A DNA stretch of 64,000 nt from Clostridia bacterium (lineage in GTDB: Bacteria > Bacillota > Clostridia > Oscillospirales > CAG-272). The stretch covers positions 5,555 through 69,554 of the forward strand of contig JAFTUH010000035.1 of the NCBI GenBank assembly GCA_017466375.1. The letters run 5' to 3'. A program made the translations under genes and the position numbers. Of this stretch, positions 35,619 through 47,883 are shown piece after piece (position 1 is the stretch's first letter; every line of letters starts with the position of its first letter). Under the pieces are notes generated by a model that had not been told where the DNA came from, ran no database searches, and was given only the letters and a program-made list of their open reading frames with translations.

Positions 35619-36254
35619 TCAGTCTCCGAGCAGTTCGGAGATCGAGAGGACGCCGCCGGAAATGTGCGCGCGGATTCGTTTTTCGGCTTCATCGGGGGAG
35701 GAGACTGTAAGAAGATCCTCCGTGAGACGTATGTGATCGTCTGCTGAGGTATGCGGCTGGTCTCGCATGACATAGTGCTGTCGGTAAAAGAGATTCGGCA
35801 GTGCGATGCGGTGGTATTCATCAATCAGCCGTGCGTTTCCGCAAGCTTCCACCAGTGCGATGTGATATTCGCTGTCTGCCGTCCATGCCTCAAAGGAGGG
35901 ACCGTATGCCGTGCGGTATTCTGCCTCAGCCTGTGCAAGCGTACGGAGATGATCCGCACGGGAGAGAAGAGAGCCGGATACGACAGACATACGGACTGCC
36001 ATGCACTCAAATCCGATACGCGCGATGTAGTTGCCGATCAGATCCTCTTTCGTGATCGTCTTGACCAGCGTGCCGCGGCGGGGAATCGTTTCGAGATATC
36101 CGTCGAATTCGAGCTGCTTCATCGCTTCCAGAACGGGCGCGGTGCTCGTGCCAAGCTCTTCAGCAATGTCGCGGCGGTTGATCATCTGCCCCGGAAGCAG
36201 CTCTCCCGTCAGCAGACGCTGGCGCAGGGAAGTATATACTTCGTTGGATAGCAT
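35619..36254 (-). CDS. GntR-family (FadR/FCD-type) transcriptional regulator, NanR-like by context
   Basis: Track ORF 35619..36368. I prefer the ATG at 36254 (MLSNEVYTSLRQRLLTGELLPGQMINRRDIAEELGTSTAPVLEAMKQLEFDGYL), which gives a winged HTH followed by an all-helical C-terminal domain. First gene of the operon that contains nanA and AGE. Confidence 0.8.
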   Translation of the reverse strand: MLSNEVYTSLRQRLLTGELLPGQMINRRDIAEELGTSTAPVLEAMKQLEFDGYLETIPRRGTLVKTITKEDLIGNYIARIGFECMAVRMSVVSGSLLSRADHLRTLAQAEAEYRTAYGPSFEAWTADSEYHIALVEACGNARLIDEYHRIALPNLFYRQHYVMRDQPHTSADDHIRLTEDLLTVSSPDEAEKRIRAHISGGVLSISELLGD

Positions 36255-36269
36255 AACACACGTCCTTTC

Positions 36270-36291
36270 TGATATATCACGTGATATATCA
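36270..36291. promoter_or_regulatory. 22-bp perfect palindrome, probable GntR operator
   Basis: The sequence TGATATATCACGTGATATATCA is two copies of the 10-bp palindrome TGATATATCA separated by CG. It overlaps the -10 element and ends 16 nt before the gntR ATG. Confidence 0.65.
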
Positions 36292-36316
36292 TAGCACAAT
36301 CTGATCTGTATGTCAA
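36288..36316 (-). promoter_or_regulatory. Promoter of the gntR-nanA-AGE operon
   Basis: The minus strand reads TTGACA-tacagatcagattgtgc-TATGAT (17-nt spacer). Confidence 0.65.
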
Positions 36317-36367
36317 GATTATTCCGTTTGTTTCTCAAAGATTTCTGTCGATTCCTGCCGCCCGCCA

Positions 36368-36396
36368 TTGACTTTTTGATGGGAATGATGTATAAT
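36368..36396 (+). promoter_or_regulatory. miaB operon promoter
   Basis: TTGACT-N17-TATAAT, leaving a leader of ~140 nt before the miaB ATG. Confidence 0.6.
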
Positions 36397-36542
36397 ATTT
36401 TAATGTAGATTTACGGAATCCAAGGCAGTCGGGGAGAGAGAAAATACGGCGCAGTTACCCCGTATACGGACGCTGCCGCGTTCACATACTGTACGTATCG
36501 CCCGACAGCCGATCGAACTCCTCAAACGGAGGTGAAACAATC

Positions 36543-37973
36543 ATGAATGAACAGAGAAAAGCGAGCCCTGCCGAATTATCTCCGGAGATTATTGAGGCAC
36601 AGTTTGCACACGCGTCGGCTGTTGCCCGTTTTTTTGCAGACCGAGGCATGGTCGGAGAGCGTGCACCGCGCTGCTACGTCCAGACGTTCGGCTGTCAGCA
36701 GAATGAGGCGGACAGCGAGCGGATCGCCGGTCTCGCAGTTCTTATGGGATATAAACTGACGGACAGACCCGAGGGCGCTAAACTGATTCTTGTCAATACG
36801 TGCGCCGTTCGTGAACACGCGGAGAAAAAGGCGCTCTCCATCATCGGACAGTATAAGCATCTGAAGGATGCCGATCCCGATCTTCTTATCGGAGTAGGCG
36901 GATGCATGGTCACGCAGAAGCACCGTGCCGATCAGCTGAAAAACAGCTATCCCTACGTCGGATTCGTGTTTGATACAGGCTCGATCCATACGCTCCCGTC
37001 GCTCGTCCATACGTCGCTCGGCGGCGGTAAGAGATCGTTCAACGTCGGTGAATCGACCGGCATCGCCGAGGGAATCCCGACAGCGCGTGCGATCTCCTAT
37101 AAAGCGTGGCTTTCGATCATGTACGGCTGCAATAATTTCTGCTCATACTGCATCGTGCCGTATACGCGCGGCAGGGAGCGCAGCCGTTCACCGGAGGCGA
37201 TTCTTGACGAGGCACGCAAGCTGATCGCAGGCGGCGCCAAGGATATCACCCTCCTTGGTCAGAACGTCAACTCCTACGGCAAGGATCTTGACGGGACGGA
37301 TTTTCCGTCCTTGCTTCGCTCGATCGCCCGTCTCGACGGCGATTTCCGTGTCCGTTTTATGACGAGCCATCCGAAAGACGCGTCCGATGCACTCATCCGC
37401 GTCATGGCGGAGGAGGAGAAAATCGTCCGCCACTTCCATCTGCCCGTCCAGTCCGGATCGGACGCGATTCTCAACCGTATGAACAGGCGCTATACGGCGG
37501 AAAAATATATCGGCATCACCGAGCGGTTGCGCGAAGCGATTCCCGATATCAGTATTACGTCGGATATCATCGTCGGATTCCCCGGCGAGACGGAGGCGGA
37601 TTTTGTGGCAACGATGGAGATGCTTCGCCGCGTCCGCTACGATATGATCTTTTCGTTCATCTATTCGCCGCGCAAGGGAACACCTGCCGCAGAGATGGCG
37701 GATCAGGTGCCGCACGACGTCAGCACTGCCCGGTTCGAGAGAATGCTCGCACTTGCCAACGAGATCTCGCTGGAAAGAAACCGCCGCTTTGTCGGGCGCA
37801 CCGTCCGCGTTCTTGCCGAAGAGGTCAGCCGCACCGATCCGTCAAAAATCACGGGGCGTGCCGATTCTCCCCGCCCGATTCATTTCACTGCCGATCCGTC
37901 CGTGATCGGACAGTTTGTAAACGTGAAAATCACTGAAGCCGATACGTTTTCGCTCACCGCGGAAATGGTTTGA
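36543..37973 (+). CDS. miaB: tRNA-i6A37 methylthiotransferase
   Basis: An N-terminal Cys triad (VQTFGCQQNEADSE...), the radical-SAM motif CNNFCSYCIVP and a C-terminal TRAM-like end. Confidence 0.9.
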   Translation: MNEQRKASPAELSPEIIEAQFAHASAVARFFADRGMVGERAPRCYVQTFGCQQNEADSERIAGLAVLMGYKLTDRPEGAKLILVNTCAVREHAEKKALSIIGQYKHLKDADPDLLIGVGGCMVTQKHRADQLKNSYPYVGFVFDTGSIHTLPSLVHTSLGGGKRSFNVGESTGIAEGIPTARAISYKAWLSIMYGCNNFCSYCIVPYTRGRERSRSPEAILDEARKLIAGGAKDITLLGQNVNSYGKDLDGTDFPSLLRSIARLDGDFRVRFMTSHPKDASDALIRVMAEEEKIVRHFHLPVQSGSDAILNRMNRRYTAEKYIGITERLREAIPDISITSDIIVGFPGETEADFVATMEMLRRVRYDMIFSFIYSPRKGTPAAEMADQVPHDVSTARFERMLALANEISLERNRRFVGRTVRVLAEEVSRTDPSKITGRADSPRPIHFTADPSVIGQFVNVKITEADTFSLTAEMV

Positions 37974-38003
37974 TACAAAAAATACAGAAAGAAGGATATA
38001 CAA

Positions 38004-38438
38004 ATGAGTGAACTTTTGACCAAGGAAATGAAGGATGCCGTAAAGGTGCTTGCCGATCTGATTCTCGCGGACAAGCGCTATCAGGAATCCACCGCAGCAG
38101 CCGAGGCGTACAACAATGACGCAGAGGTGATCCGCATGATTACGGAGTATAACGTCCATCAGACCGCGCTTACCGAGGAATACGCCAAGGAAACGCGCGA
38201 GGACAATCTCATCATTTCGATCCAGAAGCGCATCGACGCGCTTTATGAAGCAATTACCACGGCGGATTCTTATCAGAATTTTGTCCGTGCGAAGGAGGAG
38301 AGCGACGCGCTTGTCAAGGCGGTCACGGACGAGCTCGAATACGCGCTCACCGGACGCCGTCCCTGCACGCATAACTGTGCATCCTGCCACGCGGACTGCG
38401 CATCCAAATCTGCGGAGACTGATTCCGCTCAGAATTAA
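38004..38438 (+). CDS. ymcA: YmcA/YlbF (RicA/RicF)-family protein with a C-terminal Cys cluster
   Basis: A 144-aa helical protein between miaB and mutS, as in the B. subtilis order ymcB(miaB)-ymcA-(cotE)-mutS-mutL. The C-terminus reads CTHNCASCHADC. Confidence 0.65.
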   Translation: MSELLTKEMKDAVKVLADLILADKRYQESTAAAEAYNNDAEVIRMITEYNVHQTALTEEYAKETREDNLIISIQKRIDALYEAITTADSYQNFVRAKEESDALVKAVTDELEYALTGRRPCTHNCASCHADCASKSAETDSAQN

Positions 38439-38449
38439 CGGAGGGTAAC

Positions 38450-41035
<2,586 letters not shown>

Positions 41036-41058
41036 AAAATACCGTAAGGAGGAAACAA

Positions 41059-43041
41059 GTGGGATCCATACAGGTACTGAGCTTTGATGTGGCGAATCTG
41101 ATCGCCGCGGGAGAGGTCGTCGACCGCCCGTCTTCCGTCATCAAAGAGCTGATGGAAAATGCGATCGACGCAGGCGCGACTGCTGTGACGGTGGAGATCC
41201 AAAGCGGCGGTGTTGCGTTCATGCGTGTCTCCGATAACGGATGCGGCATGTCGGCGGACGATTTGCCGGTCGCCGTGCTCCGTCACGCGACGAGCAAGAT
41301 CCGTACAGCGTCCGATCTCGACGGAATAGCCACGCTCGGCTTCCGCGGGGAGGCGCTTGCCGCGATTTCGTCCGTCTCAAAGGTGCGTATTTTCTCCAAA
41401 ACCGCAGACGCCGATTTCGGCTCGCTTCTCACCTGCGAAGGCGGCAGTGTTATGAGCGTTACGGAGACAGGATGCGCGCCGGGAACGACGGTCATCGTGG
41501 AGGATCTGTTCTTCAACGTGCCGGCACGCCGCAAATTCCTCAAGAAGGATTCCACGGAAACGGTCGCAGTCACGGGCGTTGTCGAAAAAATCGCCCTCTC
41601 CTCGCCGGAAATCTCCATTAAGTATATCGCTGACGGCGAAGTCAAATTCATGACAGCCGGCGACGGCGATCTGAAAAATACAGTCTACGCCCTTTACGGC
41701 AGAGATACCGCGGCACGGCTTCTGCCGGTCGATCGCGCTGAGGGCGGTGTACGCGTCAGCGGATTCGTCAGCGATCCCTCCTGCATCCGATCGAACCGGA
41801 ATCAGGAGAATTTCTTCATCAACGGGCGCTATATCAAGAGCCGTACCGCTACTGCCGCTTTGGAGCAGGCGTACGTTACGCGCATCCCCGCGGAGAAATT
41901 CCCGCTGTGCGTTCTGAATATCGAGCTGAATCCCGCGGCGGTCGATGTCAACGTCCATCCGGCAAAGCTGGAGGTCAAGTTTTCCAACGAGAAGATTATC
42001 TTCGACGCGGTGTATTATGCCGTGATGAGTGCGCTTGAAACGGTGCCGCTTCGCCCCGAACTGAAAATCGGTACACGCACCGCACCGACTGCCGCGCCGT
42101 CGGTCAAAGCATCGACTCCGACTGAAAAACCGTTCTGGGTAAGCGGAGACGAAGCGCGCAAGCTGTTCAGTGCCACGCATGCGAAAGGCGATACAGTCAA
42201 TGCAATCCGTGCGCAGGTGAAGATTGAAACGCACGGTATGACAGCCGCCGCCACGCCTCCCCGTGAGGAGCCGCCGATGCCGGCACCGCCGCCCGTTTCA
42301 CCACGGTATGAGCGACCGACACCGCCGAGCACGGATGACGTGAAGCCCGAACCGGTGCCGCCGACTCCACCGCCGCAGCCGATTGTCCATGTACCGGTTT
42401 CCGTGCCGGCCGATCCGCCTGCCGTCCCCGAGAAATCGAACATTCCCGATTATATCATCATCGGTGAGGCGTACAATACATACGTGATCGTTCAGCTGGA
42501 GGATCGCCTCCTCATGATCGATAAGCACGCCGCGCATGAACGGATCATTTTTGATTCTCTCCGTGCCAACCTGCGCAACCGGGCGAAAAACGGGCAGATG
42601 CTTCTCGTGCCGATCCTTGTAGACATGAGCGAGGAGCAGATCCTTGCCGTGGAGGAAAACCGCGCCAATATTGAGGCGATCGGATTCTCTTTTGTAAAGA
42701 ACGGTCAGCGTCTCGACGTTACCGCCATTCCGACGGAAATCCGGCGCGATGCCGCAGTGGATCTCTTACTCACGCTTGCCGACCGTCTGAACGACGGTAC
42801 GGGAACGGTGGACAGTACCTCTCTGGAGTATTTTGAGGAGAAACTTTATCAGGCATCCTGCAAAGCCGCGATCAAGGGCGGTCGTGTGTACAACGCGGAG
42901 AGTATCCGTATGCTGTGCGACCAGATCCTCGAGAAGGATGAAAACGGCAAAGCTATCGTCCGCACATGCCCTCACGGACGGCCCATCGCATTTGAAATCC
43001 GTAAAAATTCGATAGAAAGGCAGTTCGCCCGCACAGAGTAA
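41059..43041 (+). CDS. mutL: DNA mismatch repair protein MutL
   Basis: The track ORF starts at 41017. I prefer the in-frame GTG at 41059, preceded by AGGAGG (VGSIQVLSFDVANLIAAGEVVDRPSSVIKELMENAIDAG). Confidence 0.9.
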   Translation: MGSIQVLSFDVANLIAAGEVVDRPSSVIKELMENAIDAGATAVTVEIQSGGVAFMRVSDNGCGMSADDLPVAVLRHATSKIRTASDLDGIATLGFRGEALAAISSVSKVRIFSKTADADFGSLLTCEGGSVMSVTETGCAPGTTVIVEDLFFNVPARRKFLKKDSTETVAVTGVVEKIALSSPEISIKYIADGEVKFMTAGDGDLKNTVYALYGRDTAARLLPVDRAEGGVRVSGFVSDPSCIRSNRNQENFFINGRYIKSRTATAALEQAYVTRIPAEKFPLCVLNIELNPAAVDVNVHPAKLEVKFSNEKIIFDAVYYAVMSALETVPLRPELKIGTRTAPTAAPSVKASTPTEKPFWVSGDEARKLFSATHAKGDTVNAIRAQVKIETHGMTAAATPPREEPPMPAPPPVSPRYERPTPPSTDDVKPEPVPPTPPPQPIVHVPVSVPADPPAVPEKSNIPDYIIIGEAYNTYVIVQLEDRLLMIDKHAAHERIIFDSLRANLRNRAKNGQMLLVPILVDMSEEQILAVEENRANIEAIGFSFVKNGQRLDVTAIPTEIRRDAAVDLLLTLADRLNDGTGTVDSTSLEYFEEKLYQASCKAAIKGGRVYNAESIRMLCDQILEKDENGKAIVRTCPHGRPIAFEIRKNSIERQFARTE

Positions 43042-43058
43042 CGGGTGACAGATTACAT

Positions 43059-44195
43059 ATGTTTGAACTCATCAAGAAGGACGGTTACGCACGCCGCGGC
43101 AGACTCATCACACCGCATGGCGTGATCGAAACGCCTGTGTTTATGAACGTCGCTACCTGTGCGGCGATCAAAGGCGGTCTTGCCGCAGAGGATCTCCGTG
43201 AGATCAACTGCCAGGTAATGCTGTCCAACACGTACCATCTCCACCTCCGTCCGGGCGATAAGCTCGTTGCCGATATGGGAGGTCTGCACAAATTCACAGG
43301 CTGGACCGGCCCGATCCTGACGGACAGCGGCGGATTTCAGGTGTTCTCCCTTGCGGCACTCCGAAGAATCAAGGAGGAGGGCGTGTATTTCGCCTCGCAC
43401 ATTGACGGTAAGCGCATCTTCATGGGTCCCGAGGAGAGTATGCAGATCCAGTCGCATCTCGCCTCCACAATTGCCATGGCGTTCGACGAGTGCATCGAAA
43501 ATCCCGCTGAGTATAACTACACAAAACAGTCCACAGAAAGAACGACGCGCTGGCTTTTCCGCTGTAAGACTGAGATGGAGCGTCTGAACAGCCTTCCCGA
43601 AACGATCAACAAACAGCAGATGCTGTTCGGTATCAATCAGGGATCGGTTTATGAGGATCTCCGTATCCGTCACATGAAGCAGATCGCCGAGATGGATCTT
43701 GACGGGTATGCGATCGGCGGTCTCGCGGTCGGTGAGGAAGCGGAGGAGATGTACCGCGTGATCGAGGCGGTCGAGCCGTATATGCCCACGAACAAGCCGC
43801 GCTATCTTATGGGCGTCGGTACGCCGCAGAATATTCTCGAGGCGGTGCATCGCGGGGTCGATTTCTTCGATTGCGTTATGCCGTCCAGAAACGCGCGCCA
43901 CGGCAACGTCTTTACGTGGAACGGTAAGATGAACATCCTCAACGAGAAGTACCTCCGTGATGAGCGTCCGATCGACGAAAACTGCGGATGCCCTGCGTGC
44001 CGTCTGCACAGCCGCAGCTATATCCGTCACCTTATCAAGGCAAAGGAAGCACTCGGTATGCGCCTTGCGTGCATCCATAATCTGTATTTCTACAACGAAC
44101 TCATGCAGAAGATCCGCGATGCTCTCGACGGCGATTATTTCGAGAGCTTCTATCAGAAGTATCACGAGCTTCTGGCGGAGAGAAACCCCGACTGA
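43059..44195 (+). CDS. tgt: Queuine tRNA-ribosyltransferase
   Basis: Motifs TPVFMNV, LTDSGGFQV and the zinc-site motif CGCPAC...H. Confidence 0.93.
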   Translation: MFELIKKDGYARRGRLITPHGVIETPVFMNVATCAAIKGGLAAEDLREINCQVMLSNTYHLHLRPGDKLVADMGGLHKFTGWTGPILTDSGGFQVFSLAALRRIKEEGVYFASHIDGKRIFMGPEESMQIQSHLASTIAMAFDECIENPAEYNYTKQSTERTTRWLFRCKTEMERLNSLPETINKQQMLFGINQGSVYEDLRIRHMKQIAEMDLDGYAIGGLAVGEEAEEMYRVIEAVEPYMPTNKPRYLMGVGTPQNILEAVHRGVDFFDCVMPSRNARHGNVFTWNGKMNILNEKYLRDERPIDENCGCPACRLHSRSYIRHLIKAKEALGMRLACIHNLYFYNELMQKIRDALDGDYFESFYQKYHELLAERNPD

Positions 44196-44199
44196 CATG

Positions 44200-44232
44200 A
44201 AAAAGGCTGATGCCATTGGCATCAGCCTTTTT
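44200..44232. terminator. Bidirectional intrinsic terminator (tgt / GH20 gene)
   Basis: Stem ggctgatgcc/ggcatcagcc with a 3-nt loop, flanked by A5 and T5. Confidence 0.85.
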
Positions 44233-44233
44233 G

Positions 44234-45928
44234 TTATGCGTAAAAGCGGAACAGCTTTTCGATTTCACAAAGCTCAGGCTCCTTGTTTTGGGAAAGCCAT
44301 GCCGTTCTGTACTTTTTCAGCCAGGTCTCAACATCCGAATGTTTCGTTACTTCGGTGCCGGTGATATTTGCGTAAATCTCCGTCATGACAAGCACAGCTT
44401 CCGCGGCAAGGAGAAGCGCTTCGCGGTAACTGTCCTCGCGCCATGTTTCCGCTGTCAGTGCATCCATAAGCGAGAGACAGCGTGTGTGCGCGCTTCGGAT
44501 CGTTTCAGGAGTGGGCTGCAGACATTCAAGCTGTTTCTCGTACAGGTGGTTTGAATAGCGGCGGCACAGCTGCATGAAACTGATTTTGGTTTCGATTTCA
44601 CTAAGCTCCCACAAATGAGCGGAGCCTCCTTCGAAGCCGTAAACGAGGACTTCAAAATCATGCAGAAAAGACTCCTGCTTCGTTGAAATATTCCACGATT
44701 TTGCCGCGCCGAAGAAAATGCCGCACATCGTAAGGGAAAGGGAACATGTATTTCCGTAATCGCCCCAGTTTGTGTTGAGGAGGCCCCTGGCACCGAACTT
44801 GTAAGCCGCGTCTGCCATTTGCGCAATGTTCGAGAGCGCGTTCGTTATATCCTCACAAAAGTACGGCCATGTGCGGGTACCCGGGCAGACGATCTGTGTG
44901 CGGTTCATTTTTGCGAAGCGTGCCGCACGGTCTATGTCCGGATTTGCGCCGTAATCCCAATGCAGAAGAAGAACGTCCTCGGGAATCTCGCTGATGCGTT
45001 CGGGATGCTGATGCAGAATATCCCCCCACATCATGACTTTTTTACCGCACGACCGGACATATTCGATGATCTTCTTGGCAAAGTCGACATACAATTTACC
45101 AGTATCTTCATCTTTATGGCGGCCGTTTTTCAAATCAAACGTTTCGTCACAGCATATGTTGAACCACTCTGACGAGAACAGAGGCATATATTGGTCGATC
45201 AGGCTTTTGACAAGGGAAAAACTCTCCGGATTCGTCGGGTCGATCGTATGGTGCTCCATTCTGTCCTTCCAGAATATCTGATCCACCACATGGTTTTCAA
45301 TCTCTGTGAGGTGTTTGTACTGCGGGAGCTCCAAAAGCTCATACAGGTGACCGAACGTAGCCAGGGAGGGAATAAAATCAATAAAGTTTTCTTTGCAGTA
45401 TGCGTCAAGCTCGCGAATTTCAGCGGCAGTAAGGCATCCCGTGCGCGCGGTAACCTCGGCGTACTCCTTAAATTCGTATGTATGTTCGACGTACAGCTGA
45501 AGTGAATTCAGTTTGCAGTACGCCATCTGATCGACGAGCCATTTCAGCGTCTCAAGCGTTGGAATTTTACCGCGTGTTACGTCGTGATAGAATCCGCGAT
45601 AGCCAAGATCCGGTTCATCCTCGATCTCGCAGACAGGGATGTCCTCATGCGCAAAAATCTGGCGAAGCGTCTGGATCCCGTAAAAGGCACCGCGGATTCC
45701 GTCTGCGGTGAGCGTGATTTCCGTATCGTTGACGGAGAGAGTATATCCCTCGCGCTCCCCCGTGCCATACTCAATGTAAAAAGGAATGCCGTTCTCGTCA
45801 AGCGGCAGTTTGCAAATCTGCTTTTTCAGCCGCTGATCCGTATTGGTCAGATCCGCGAGGATCGTTTTTTTTGTGAGAAACGTGTTTTTTTCAATCAGCC
45901 GTTTCGGCTGCGGAATTAAATGAAGCAT
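44234..45928 (-). CDS. GH20-like beta-N-acetylhexosaminidase family protein
   Basis: IEDEPDLGYRGFYHDVTRGKIPT resembles the GH20 motif I.D.PRF..RG...D..R. NICCDETFDL supplies a D-E pair in place of H.GGDE. No signal peptide is visible. Confidence 0.6.
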   Translation of the reverse strand: MLHLIPQPKRLIEKNTFLTKKTILADLTNTDQRLKKQICKLPLDENGIPFYIEYGTGEREGYTLSVNDTEITLTADGIRGAFYGIQTLRQIFAHEDIPVCEIEDEPDLGYRGFYHDVTRGKIPTLETLKWLVDQMAYCKLNSLQLYVEHTYEFKEYAEVTARTGCLTAAEIRELDAYCKENFIDFIPSLATFGHLYELLELPQYKHLTEIENHVVDQIFWKDRMEHHTIDPTNPESFSLVKSLIDQYMPLFSSEWFNICCDETFDLKNGRHKDEDTGKLYVDFAKKIIEYVRSCGKKVMMWGDILHQHPERISEIPEDVLLLHWDYGANPDIDRAARFAKMNRTQIVCPGTRTWPYFCEDITNALSNIAQMADAAYKFGARGLLNTNWGDYGNTCSLSLTMCGIFFGAAKSWNISTKQESFLHDFEVLVYGFEGGSAHLWELSEIETKISFMQLCRRYSNHLYEKQLECLQPTPETIRSAHTRCLSLMDALTAETWREDSYREALLLAAEAVLVMTEIYANITGTEVTKHSDVETWLKKYRTAWLSQNKEPELCEIEKLFRFYA

Positions 45929-45972
45929 AGCTTTCTCCTGTAAGATGTCGCTGCATTGCAGCCGCTTTTATG

Positions 45973-47277
45973 TCAGCCTTCACTTGCGGGTTTCTGTTCT
46001 TCAGCTTTCAGAACGAGCTTCGGCGCCGCCTTCGATTTGATGCATTTTGCCGTCACGATCACTTCTGCAATATCCTTGCGTGAGGGAATGTCAAACATGA
46101 TTTCCGTCATGCATTCCTCAAGGATCGCGCGCAGGCCGCGTGCTCCCGTCTCGCGCTCGATTGCCTTTTCGGCAACGGCACGGAGAGCACCTTTTTCGAA
46201 TTTGAGCGTAACGCCGTCCATCTCAAACAGCTTCGTGTACTGCTTCGTGAGCGAGTTTTTCGGCTCGGACAGAATCCGCACCAGCGCGTCCGCGTCGAGA
46301 TTCTCCAAGGGAACGATGACCGGCACACGTCCAACCAGCTCGGGAATCAAGCCGAATTTCACGATATCGTGCGCGGCGACATCCTTGAACAGCTCGGATT
46401 TCGCATTCGCGTTTTTGCCCTTGATCTCACCGCCGAAACCGATGGAGGTCTTTGCCGTGCGCTTCTCGATCACCTTTTCGAGTCCGTCAAAGGCACCGCC
46501 GCAGATGAACAGGATGTTTTCTGTATTGATCTGGATGAATTCCTGATTTGGATGCTTGCGCCCACCCTGCGGAGGAACGTTGGAAACCGTACCTTCGAGG
46601 ATTTTGAGAAGCGCCTGTTGTACGCCCTCGCCGGATACGTCGCGCGTAATGGACGGATTTTCGCTCTTGCGGGAGATTTTGTCGATCTCGTCGATGTAAA
46701 TAATGCCGCGCTCTGCCGCTTCGATGTCGTAATCTGCCGCCTGAATCAGACGGAGCAGGATGTTCTCGACATCCTCGCCGACGTAGCCCGCCTCAGTCAG
46801 CGTCGTCGCATCTGCAATCGCAAACGGCACGTGGAGAGTACGTGCCAGCGTTTGTGCGAGGTATGTCTTACCTACGCCGGTCGGACCGATGAGCAGGACA
46901 TTGCTCTTCTGGATGTCGACAGAGTCCTCATCAGCATCCTTCTTCGCGCTTTTTTTATCGTTGTAAAGCAGGCGTTTGTAGTGATTATATACAGCAACGG
47001 AGAGTGCAACTTTTGCACTGTCCTGCCCGATGATGTACTCGTCAAGTGTTGCCTTAATCTCTTTCGGCGTAGGCAGGGAATCAGAGGAGAGATCGTATGT
47101 GGACGCGCTCTGGTGCGTCTGCTCATAGATCAGCTCACTGCACGCCTCCACGCAGTTGTCGCAGATGCACGCGCCGCTTGACGCGGGGATCAGGAAAAGA
47201 ACCTGTTTTTCCGTCCGTCCGCAGAAGGAGCAGCGGCGCAGTCTCTGCTCATTGTTACCGTTGTTGTTGTCAGCCAT
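45973..47277 (-). CDS. clpX: ATP-dependent Clp protease ATP-binding subunit ClpX
   Basis: Zinc-finger motifs CSFCGR...CDNC and Walker A GPTGVGKT. Confidence 0.95.
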   Translation of the reverse strand: MADNNNGNNEQRLRRCSFCGRTEKQVLFLIPASSGACICDNCVEACSELIYEQTHQSASTYDLSSDSLPTPKEIKATLDEYIIGQDSAKVALSVAVYNHYKRLLYNDKKSAKKDADEDSVDIQKSNVLLIGPTGVGKTYLAQTLARTLHVPFAIADATTLTEAGYVGEDVENILLRLIQAADYDIEAAERGIIYIDEIDKISRKSENPSITRDVSGEGVQQALLKILEGTVSNVPPQGGRKHPNQEFIQINTENILFICGGAFDGLEKVIEKRTAKTSIGFGGEIKGKNANAKSELFKDVAAHDIVKFGLIPELVGRVPVIVPLENLDADALVRILSEPKNSLTKQYTKLFEMDGVTLKFEKGALRAVAEKAIERETGARGLRAILEECMTEIMFDIPSRKDIAEVIVTAKCIKSKAAPKLVLKAEEQKPASEG

Positions 47278-47298
47278 GGTAAATCCTTTCGTGTGGGA

Positions 47299-47883
47299 TT
47301 ACGGACGGCGGTCGATCACGCGGTCGATCAGTCCGTAAGCGGCAGCCTCCGCTGCGCTCATGAAATTGTCGCGCTCCGTGTCCGCAGCGATAATATCGAT
47401 CGGCTTGCCGGTGTTTGCGGCAAGGATAGAATTCAGCGTGTCGCGTGTGCGTAGGATGTGATCGGCGTGGATCTTGATGTCAGATGCCTGCCCCTGCATA
47501 CCGCCGAGTGGCTGGTGGATCATGATTTCGCTGTTGGGCAGAGCGAGTCGCTTGCCTTTAGCGCCGGAGGAAAGGAGAAACGCGCCCATGCTTGCTGCCA
47601 TACCGATGCAGATCGTCGATACGTCACACTTGATGAAATTCATCGTGTCGTAGATCGCCATGCCTGCGGTAACAGAGCCGCCGGGGGAGTTGATGTAGAG
47701 GCTGATGTCCTTGTCGGGATCCTGTGCCTCCAGGAAAAGAAGCTGCGCGACGACGAGGGATGCCGTAACATCGTTCACCTCATCTGCCAGAAAAATAATA
47801 CGGTCATTGAGCAGTCGGGAGTAGATGTCATACGAACGCTCTCCGCGGCTGGTCTGTTCGACTACCATTGGTACGAGTGCCAT
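47299..47883 (-). CDS. clpP: ATP-dependent Clp protease proteolytic subunit
   Basis: Motifs [11 protein letters not shown] and the active-site motif GMAASMG. Confidence 0.95.
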   Translation of the reverse strand: MALVPMVVEQTSRGERSYDIYSRLLNDRIIFLADEVNDVTASLVVAQLLFLEAQDPDKDISLYINSPGGSVTAGMAIYDTMNFIKCDVSTICIGMAASMGAFLLSSGAKGKRLALPNSEIMIHQPLGGMQGQASDIKIHADHILRTRDTLNSILAANTGKPIDIIAADTERDNFMSAAEAAAYGLIDRVIDRRP

